Of a stretch of DNA of 64,000 nt, positions 55,069 to 64,000 are shown one piece after another (the first letter of the stretch is position 1; every line of letters begins with the position of its first letter). A program made the translations under genes and the position numbers. Under the pieces are notes generated by a model. It ran no database searches and was not told where the DNA came from. It was given only the letters and a program-made list of their open reading frames with translations. The DNA comes from Octopus vulgaris (lineage: Eukaryota): contig OX597818.1 in the NCBI GenBank assembly GCA_951406725.2, positions 124,001 to 188,000 on the forward strand, written 5' to 3'.

Positions 55069-57107
55069 CTCCCTCTTTGTTTCTTTCTCCTTTCTCTCTC
55101 ACTTTCCCACTCTCTTACTCTTCCTTTCTCTCGGACTCTCCCTCGCTTTCTCTTACTTTCTATCTTTATGTATCTCTCTCCCATTTATAAACAACAAAAG
55201 ATCTTGAGTAAGTTGAGAAATAAAATATTTAGAAAGATCAATCATAAATATCAGGCAGTAACAACGGAAAGGTCTGCTTCAAGACAGACAGCAAAACACT
55301 AACATTTAAAAGGGACAGACGAACTTGCGAGCTGAATAAAAATAATAAAATATTGGAAACCAAAGTTTGAAGGGATAGAATTTGAGGATAGTAGAGTCAC
55401 CATGGCTGGCATTTCTTAATGACGGACAGCAACGTATTTACAGTTCAACGGCTGGCGTAAAATTTTGAACTTGATGTAAAAGAAAATCCCTAAAAACCAA
55501 GTTTTGAATTGATTCTTTCTCACGACAGTAGACTCACGATGGCAAGCATTCAAAACTTCTTCATCATGGACGGCAACACATTGACGATTAAAAGGCTGGC
55601 GCAAATTTTTTAGCTTGATGTAACAGAGAATTGCTAAACACCCGCTCCTTTAAATTTTAATCCCCTTCCAGCCCCATTTAGACCCCTTTTCACATTTTGG
55701 TTAATATAACCCGATTTCATTTGGGTCTACTGGGTCCACATTTTATAAGATGAGGACTCAACCAAGTTTCCCAAGTTCTGGTCATAGACCATAGAACACT
55801 CAACCAAGTTTCCCAAGTTCTGGTCATAGACCATAGAACAGTCAAGCAAGTTTCCCGAGTTCTGGTCATAGACCATAGAACAGTCAAGCAAGTTTCCCGA
55901 GTTCTGGTCATAGACCATAGGACACTCAACCAAGTTTCCCGAGTTCTGGTCATTTGCAGAATAAATAGAGATGGCGGAGGTGGCAGACGTCTTTGCAATG
56001 TAAACATGATTTGTTATAAGAGAAAGATTGTCCAGATTGTGTGTTGGTGGTGGCGATGATAATTATCTTTAAGAATGGAGATAAAGAGAAATTGAATGGG
56101 AGTTAGAGGTAGAAAGAGAAGGTGTAAATTTTGGAGTGAATCCGACGGGATGTAGTGGGCTTTAACCCCGGCAAAAAAAATAATATCTGTTGCGTTTCTG
56201 AAAGAGGTGAAGTAGGAATATTGAAACTTTTGCGGCTGTCATTGATAGACTTGTTGTATAATAAATAGAGACGTCGAAAAAAGAGAGAGCTCGAGAAAGA
56301 AAAGGTGATATATGAAAGAGAGGATGGGAAAATGAAATATTTTGCAATGTAAACATGATTTGTTTTAAGAGAAAGATTGTCATGATTGTATGTTGGTGGT
56401 GTTGGTGGTGGCGATGATAATTATCATTAGGAAAAAGAGTGAGTGAGTGAGGAAGACATACATAAGTTGTGGCGATAATAATTGTAGACCCCTTTTCACA
56501 TTTTGATGAAGAGAACTCGATTTCATTTGGGTGTACTGGGGCCACATATAAGTGTGTGTGTGTGTGTGTGTGCACGCTGTAGAAATTAAATTAGAGATAA
56601 AACCACTAATAGGGAAATGAAACAGTAAAAAACCAAAAGCAAAAACATAAAAATAAAAATATAATATTAGATATATGTATATATATGTGTGTGTGTGTGT
56701 GTGTATGTGTGTTGACAGGTAGACAATAGAATGCGATGGCGATGGCGATGTAATATTTGTTTCTGTCTATGAACGCTGATAGATACATGAGTAAAATGTA
56801 TAGGAAGCTAAGAGATAGAGTGAGTGAAAATGTTCTTGGAAGAGAGGAAATAGTGAGAGTGATTTGAGGAAGACTTTACATTAAATAACGGTAGTGGACT
56901 TGTGATATGAAGAGGAGTGAGAGAGTACTGGAGGAAATAGGGTGAGTGAGGATGATGGCCCCTAGCAACCACACCTTTTAAGATAGGGATTTCTAAGGTA
57001 GCCCACGAGCATCGTCATCTCATTCTACATGTCCCTGTAAATTTTGGAGCGAATCGGACGGGATGTAGTGGCATTGAAAGTGATCCAAGCGGTAAAAACG
57101 CATTTCA

Positions 57108-57120
<13 letters not shown>
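54675..57120 (-). mobile_element. Non-autonomous Helitron, tandem copy 2
   Basis: CTAG at 54675 with ACCCGC-gcgtaga-GCGGGT hairpin; the first ~1 kb and last ~170 bp closely match copy 1. Confidence 0.85.
55755..55953. repeat. 42-bp minisatellite (~4.7 copies) inside Helitron copy 2
   Basis: Unit tcaa(c/g)caagtttccc(a/g)agttctggtcatagaccatagaaca(c/g). Confidence 0.9.
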
Positions 57121-57146
<26 letters not shown>

Positions 57147-57160
57147 CATATATATATATA

Positions 57161-58464
57161 CTAGCAGAGATACCTGGCATTGCCCGTGTTACATGCAATT
57201 GAAAAATTAGACTTTTCTGTTATATTTTCTGTAATGAACTGGAATATCTGTTTCGTATTTCATCAAAATTGCAGATGAGGGTTATTTCCCTCTTTACACA
57301 CCCTAAACAAATTGTAATCGTGCCACATGTATCCCATACTACTGATTTTTATGGGCATATTCCAAAATTCCAGTCTTATTGAACCTGTTAAAAGATTTTG
57401 CTCCTGAAAAATGAAGGTCATGGAGCTCTAAAATGTTGGGGGTGGGCATCATAATGTCAACCAGAGAAGTTGAATTTTGAGAATCTTTTTAACTTGGGTC
57501 TTATATCTATTGTTTGAATTTCTTTGAAATAGGAAATATATGTTCACTGGGTTTGTAAAAGAGAGCAAAGCTACAGGAAACCAAAAAATGAATGATCACA
57601 ACAAGCAGTCAGCTACCCTACCCTTGTCGTTACTACTCCCAATGTAGGATTCCTCACCATCCAGGTGACAGGCACAGCTGTAAGATGCATTATGAATCTA
57701 TAGCAATTGGAAGGGCATGACCCAACTGAAATAAACATTAACAACTGTGTGACGTGAGGGCTAAGGAGAAATTAAAGTGTCACTTCTGGAGTTTGCAAAT
57801 GACCACAATACTGATACGTAACTGGACAGAATAAATTTACAATCTATAAATGTCTTTGAATAACCAGTCACTCATCTGGGAAGTCCTTAAAATCAATGTT
57901 ACCATCTGGGGACTATGTGTGACCCAGTGATAATAAAAAGACTGAAAGGAGGTCTGCAATCAAATAACTTTACTCAACACTTTGCAACTGAATCAGTGGA
58001 GGCAAAGATGCCTCTCATTTACTTGACAATTTATGCACCACATTGCAGAAATCACAATGTAAGTGAATGTCAAAGCAAACTTTTACACTGTTGTACCATT
58101 GAATTATAAATAATGCTCATCTTTTATGCTCGGGTAACCCTACAGCTTCCAAGAGCACAACTGTATTCGTTTTTGCTTAGATGAAATGACAAAATTGTGG
58201 GTGTTAAGTCCCCATGGAGGGGTCTTTCTAACCTGTAAGATGATGAAATTTTATAAATATTACTTCATATGTGTCTAATATCTATGGTTAAAATTTCATC
58301 AACAGCAAAAATATATGAATTGTCATGGGGGTTATGGCCCTTATGCATAGAATATTATTTCCAAATTTCATACAGATCCATTTAGTACTTTTGACCTAGT
58401 TTTGGATCATAAAAGAAATTATTAAAATTTGGGAGTTAAGGCCCCCATTAGGGTGTTTTATATA

Positions 58465-58470
<6 letters not shown>
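57161..58470 (-). mobile_element. Third, divergent Helitron-like element
   Basis: a|ctagcagagatacctggcattgcccgtg has the same CTAG-plus-hairpin end, and the other end runs into ttttatata. Confidence 0.55.
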
Positions 58471-58504
<34 letters not shown>

Positions 58505-58506
<2 letters not shown>

Positions 58507-58976
58507 CGAACCATCCGATCGTGGCCGTTGCCAGCGCCGCCCCAACTGGCCTACGTGCCGGGGGCACGTAAAAAGCACCATCCGTTCATGGCTGTTGCCA
58601 GCCTCGCCTGGCCCCCATGCCGGTGGCACGTAGCACCATCCGTTTGTGGCCGTTGCCAGCCTCGCCTGGCCCCCGTGCTGGTGGCATGTAAAAGCACCAT
58701 GTGTTCGTGGCCATTGCCAGCCTCGCCTGGCCCCCGTGCCGGTGGCACGTAAAAAGCACCATCCGTCCGTGGCCGTTTGCCAGCTCTGTCTGGCACCTGT
58801 GCAGGTGGCACGTAAAAAGCACCCACTACACTCACGGAGTGGTTGGCGTTAGGAAGGGCATCCAGCCGTAGAAACACTGCCTGATCAGACTGGGCCTGAT
58901 GCAGCCTTCTGGCTTCACAGTTGGGCCGTCCGACCCATGCTAGCATGGAAAGTGGACGCTAAATGATGATGATGAT
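58505..58976 (+). mobile_element. RTE 3'-UTR-derived repeat with ~5 tandem ~60-bp units
   Basis: Repeated gccagcctcgcctggccccc.tgcc.gtggcacgtaaaaagcacc and an (ATG)n tail. Confidence 0.8.
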
Positions 58977-58979
58977 ACA

Positions 58980-59079
<100 letters not shown>

Positions 59080-59159
59080 GATAGATAGATACATACATAC
59101 ATACATACATACATACATACATACATACATACATAGATATAGTTATAGACATAGATATA

Positions 59160-59865
59160 TACACACATACACTTACATACAAAGATAAATTGATAGATAC
59201 AACTGAGTGGGCAAACAAAATTATAAGACACAGCTTAGTGCATTTTTTTATGTTGATAAACCTGGTACTTATGCTATTAGTTTGTTCTTGTGAAACCAGT
59301 AAATTATGGGGATGTAAATAAATGAACAGCAGTTGTGAAGCAGTGATGAGGGCGAAACACAAAGACAAAGACACATACATACACTTACATATATACATAT
59401 ATATACAATTGATTTGTTTCAGTTCCTGTCTACGAAATCCATATATATATATATGTATGTATACACACACACTCACACACACACAGAAATTGATAGATAC
59501 AACTGAGTGGGCAAACAAAAATATAAGACACTGCCTAATGCTTTTTTTATATTTTGATAAGCCTGGTACTTATTCTATCAGTTTCTTCTTGTGAAACCAG
59601 TAAGTTATGGTGATGTAAATAAACGAACACCAGTTGTGAAGCAGTGATGAGGGAGAAACACAAACACACACACATAGACTTACATATATTCATACATATA
59701 TATACAATTGATTTCTTTCAGTTTCTGTCTACAAAATCTACTGACAAAGCTTTGGTTGGTCTGAGGCTATAGCAGAAGACACATGCCAAGTTACCACACA
59801 GTGGGACTAAACCCTGGACCATGTGTTTTGGAACCACGTTTGTTACCACACAGTCACACCTGCAC
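59160..59865 (-). mobile_element. SINE with tandem ~300-bp duplication of its 3' part
   Basis: aaattgatagatacaactgagtgggcaaacaaaa...gcagtgatgaggg.gaaacacaaa occurs at ~59188 and ~59488; the SINE head is at ~59800-59865. Confidence 0.75.
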
Positions 59866-60499
59866 CTATGTATGTGTGTGTGTGTGGGGGGGTATGTGTG
59901 TATGGGTGTATATATGTATGCATGTATATATGTGTATATATATGTGTACATATTACATGTATATCTATATATATATACATCTACACATACATGTATACAT
60001 ATACAGCTATACATATACATGTATACATATACATCTATATATATATATACATCCATATATATACATCTATATATATACATGTATATGTATACATCTATAT
60101 ATATATATATATATATATACATGTAAATTTAAATTTAAAATAATAAGGGTGAAAAATTGAATATTAATTTGGTTAATATGAATTGAAAACCAGTGGTGTA
60201 GCATATAAGACTATAGCGGATCTTCTTCTAGCAAAATGGATGTCCACTGTTAATGGTTCATCCCTCTTATGTAATAATTTCACTTTAATAGTTTCAGTAT
60301 TAAACTGAAAGCATCTGACATTACAATAGAGAGATGTTTTTGTTTCACTTTTAACACGTAATACTGAAATAGTGGAGAAGATATGATATTGCTGTGGGCT
60401 CAACATATAAACTTAATGTATCTGGTTTGTTGCCCAAAATATATAAAAAAAAATATCCAACATAAAGCTAATATTATTTTTCATGTTTTTACTCACATT

Positions 60500-61162
60500 T
60501 TCAGTACATCTGGTGCAACTTTTGTGCATCACAGTGCTGGGGAAGCATTTAAGGCTGAATGTCTGGTACCATCCGTAAAACATGGGGTTGGTTCTATCAT
60601 GGTGTGGGCCTGCATGTCTACCACAGGACCTAGAGAAATGGTTTTACGTCAGGGAAGGATGAATTCAGCTACCTGTGTTTCTATGTTAGATGTTTTAGAG
60701 CCATCAATTACTAAATTGCATCCAAGTGTGTTGAAAAACAAGAGTTTTCTTTCAACAGGACAACGCTTCATGCCGTACAGCAAAGAATACTCATTAATAG
60801 TTTGAGACACAGGGTATTGTTCCCATGGACTGGCCAACTCAAATTCCTGATCTAAATCTGATTGAACACCTATGGGGAACTCTTGGTGAAGCTATCAGGA
60901 ACACAACAATTAAAACTAAAGAGCATCTGTACTAAAAGTTGAGAGAAGATTGGAGTAAAATTGCATCTAGCATCTGCAAGAAACTAGTTGATTCAATGCC
61001 TAACCGTATAAAAGCGGTAACTGATGCTAAAAGAGGATCAACCAGATATTACAACTAATGTATATTGTGAAATATACCATAATCTACCACATGCTTGGGT
61101 TCCATTAACATTGAGATAGCAGATCCCCAGAACATTGGGTGGCCTAATACTTTTGGTCAAGG

Positions 61163-61165
<3 letters not shown>
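60500..61165 (+). mobile_element. Tc1 transposon 3' half with right TIR
   Basis: ECLVPSVKHGVGSIMVWACMS, FQQDNA and PDLNLIEHLWG (DDE region); ends cctaatacttttggtcaaggctg|TA. Confidence 0.9.
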
Positions 61166-61201
<36 letters not shown>

Positions 61202-61466
61202 AGCAATTAAGGACAACTACTTAATAAGGAAAACTTAACAAGAAATTGTCAGGTAGATAGCGTAAAAACCTCATAAGAGAAAAAATTTCGAAAATAATTA
61301 TTTCTTATTGAACATATTAATTTATATATAGAGGGCATTATACATACATGCCAGAAGGCATTATACATACATGCCAAACGCTAAGAGGGACAATTAGTCA
61401 TTTCTACCAAAAATATTACTAATCCCACCGAATGCAATTTTTCAAAGTAAGACATTTAAAAAATAT

Positions 61467-61514
61467 AGACCTGTATCACAGTGATTTCATACTTACGTAC
61501 TCATCAGCAGGCCT
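61467..61514 (-). ncRNA. Type I hammerhead ribozyme (mirror copy)
   Basis: Exact reverse complement of 61664-61711. Confidence 0.85.
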
Positions 61515-61663
61515 GAATGCATTATAAATAAACAACGACCCTGCCCCGCTTAAGTCGATCAGCTAACTGTTCAACATCAACTCACCCATGTGCTTCGTTG
61601 ATGTTGAACAGTTAGCTGATCGACTTAAGCGGGGCAGGGTCGTTGTTTATTTATAATGCATTC

Positions 61664-61711
61664 AGGCCTGCTGATGAGTACGTAAGTATGAAATCACTGT
61701 GATACAGGTCT
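61664..61711 (+). ncRNA. Type I hammerhead ribozyme
   Basis: AGGCCUG-CUGAUGA-GUAC-GUAA-GUAU-GAAA-UCACUGUGA-UA-CAGGUCU: 7-bp stem I, GNRA-capped stem II, quasi-palindromic stem III, AUA cleavage triplet (cut after 61704). Confidence 0.88.
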
Positions 61712-61846
61712 ATATTTTTTAAATGTCTTACTTTGAAAATTGCATTCGGTGGGATTAGTAATATTTTTGGTAGAAATGACTAATTGTCCCTCTTAGCGTT
61801 TGGCATGTATGTATAATGCCTTCTGGCATGTATGTATAATGCCCTC

Positions 61847-61952
<106 letters not shown>

Positions 61953-62008
61953 TGTATGTATGTATGTATTATGTATGTATGTATGTGTGTGTGTGTATGC
62001 ATATAATT

Positions 62009-62470
62009 TAGAGAAAAACCACTATTAAACAATTCAATAAAGGAAGATGCTATTCACACCATATAGAAAAAATATACTATAAAAAAACCTTATTTTAAAT
62101 CAATAAAGTACAATAAATAGTAAATAGTAGTAAAAAGACTACACATGTTTCATGGCTATATTTTCAAATAGATAATAATAATAAAATCTACTATATAAAT
62201 AGAATTAATTTTAGTTCGATTTAATTTTGAATCGAATTGATTTTATTATTATTATCTATTTGAAAATATAGCCATGAAACGTGTGTAGTCTTTTTACTAA
62301 TTTTTACTATTTATTGTACTTTATTGATTTAAAATAAGGCTTTTTTTTATAGTATATGTTTTCTATATAGTGTGAATAATATCTTCCTTTATTGAATTGT
62401 TTAATAGTGGTTTTTCTCTATATATTGTGAAATTTGATTTAAAATTGTTAAATTGAATTTTTCCCTGTAA
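62009..62470. mobile_element. Microsatellite-adjacent fold-back element with the 3' half of a hammerhead motif
   Basis: ~180-bp arms 62009-62188 and 62239-62420 with several mismatches and a 50-nt spacer; each arm has GCCAU-GAAAC-(A/G)UGU-GUA-GUC. Confidence 0.65.
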
Positions 62471-62693
62471 TATAGTACCTTTATTGATGAATGCAAAATA
62501 TTTCTCTCACTTTGACTTGAAATTTGTTTTCATTTTCATATCTTCATTTCTGACATGTTGATGATGCCATCTTACTTTGCAAATTTTTTCACAGAAACTT
62601 GTATACAAAAATTGTATCCAAAGTCTACCAACTAAGTATGAGTGGCTGCATGGCTTGTATTAAATGTGCTAATGTACATGATAAGAGTGTGGT

Positions 62694-62861
62694 CAAGGCT
62701 CTGCAGTTGGTATGTTGTGGCACACTGGTGTGCTACAAAATGATGCTAGGTGTGCTGAATTTTTTCTCTGTATTTTTAGTTTTATTTTTATTTCAGGTGT
62801 GCCACCAAATTTTGAAAAAAATATAAGTGTACCACGAGTGATAAAAGGTTGCGGAGCACTG
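62694..62861. mobile_element. Possible hAT/Charlie-type MITE
   Basis: Ends caaggctctgcagttgg ... aaaaggttgcggagcactg form an imperfect TIR; no clear 8-bp TSD. Confidence 0.4.
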
Positions 62862-64000
62862 GACCAATCTCATCTCCTCTTGTACACACTAATGTTTAAT
62901 CTTCTCACTCATGACATCAGTCTTCTGCTGTCTTAAATTTCTTTAATCCCTCTGCATCCTACTATTCCTACCCTCAACACTAAAGAACAAAGCTTTCCTC
63001 AGACCTGGCATTATCATTTAGAATTATTCTTGTTACTTATTGCTGTATTAATGGTTGAATGAAATAACATAAATTATTAAGTTAATAGTTATATCGATAT
63101 TGTTCTAAGCATGTAATGCAACAATGGCCATTGTGAAAATCAAAATGTGAGGAGCAGTGAAAGATAAAGAACAGAAGAGACATAAAATAAAATTTCCCAT
63201 TTACTGTCACTTTCAAGTGTGAGTAAAGCACTGTAGTGTTTTGAAAGAGAGTAAATGAAAATAACATTCTACATGCTAACATCGTATCATTACATGTATC
63301 TGCCTGGTCAGAATTTGAATGGGAAATATGTTGAGAAAGTCAGATAGTACAAAACTAAAATAGAAGGGGTAGAAATTTAAAAATTCATTCCAATTTTATA
63401 ATCAGCTTTATGTGAAATAGTTTGGGAATGCCATTCTCCCTTCTCACAAAAGTAAGGAAAACTGTTCAGACAGCATTACACTGCTGTATCAATACATACC
63501 CAATAATTTATAAAGCTTGTTTTTTTTCCTTTGTTTTTATACTTGTATATAAACTGTGATAATGAAAGAGCTCAGCCAACATATTTCCATGAGCCACTAA
63601 TATCAATGGTCAAAGAACTGCTGTTAGGCCATCCCTGTTCCATACTGGTTTATGTTAGCAATATAGATGGTTTTACAAGAAATATGGAATGTAACTGCTG
63701 CAACTTCCAGTCAATTAACTTTTATATTTTTTAACTTCTGAAACTGAATGTTAACCCTATGCTGAGCACAGTAAGAGGCAAACTTGGCCAGCCAAGGCCT
63801 TAACACCATTTCATAGGACCTGTCAGTGAAGCATTTCTTCCAACCTGTAGCATTTGAGATGTTTAGAGGGACTGGGCCGCTAATGGCAAAGTTCTTGTCC
63901 ATCATTGGCAGCTCACCTTACCGAGGTGCCCTTGAGGGTGCTTGGCTGTTCCAAGCCATTACTCACAGTAATTCTGTAAGCATGTTGGCTTGCTTCAGTA

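Noticed and set aside
55755-55953. CRISPR-like appearance of the 42-bp repeats (also the ~60-bp units at 58505-58830)
   Set aside because: Contiguous tandem units with no unique spacers, no cas genes and a eukaryotic transposon context.
57780-58160. Faint Pif1-like words (ILIRNW, SKQTF) on the plus strand
   Set aside because: Too degenerate and opposite to the element's inferred orientation.
63750-64000. ttaaccct start suggesting a piggyBac-like end, and ORF 63711-63905
   Set aside because: The window ends before any partner TIR, and the ORF has no recognisable motif.

Overview
AT-rich eukaryotic non-coding DNA (intergenic or a very long intron) saturated with (TA)n/(CA)n/(ATG)n/(AAT)n microsatellites and decayed transposable elements. 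The repeat mix (tRNA-derived SINEs, RTE LINEs, extreme microsatellite density) resembles an octopus/coleoid cephalopod genome; this is an inference. No intact host gene was found, and most listed ORFs are translated microsatellites. Recognisable elements are RTE LINE remnants, Tc1, mariner, piggyBac and Chapaev3-like transposase pseudogenes, several non-autonomous Helitrons (including a head-to-tail pair next to a Pif1 helicase remnant) and many SINEs. The most notable signal is a set of sequence-unrelated, microsatellite-flanked fold-back (head-to-head inverted repeat) elements. Two carry type I hammerhead ribozymes with palindromic stem III of the Penelope-like/retrozyme kind (39845-40651 and 61196-61857). 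A third keeps only the 3' half of such a ribozyme (62009-62470), and a short related hairpin lies at 10738-10910. All coordinates were read by eye; element boundaries are approximate unless a terminal motif is quoted.
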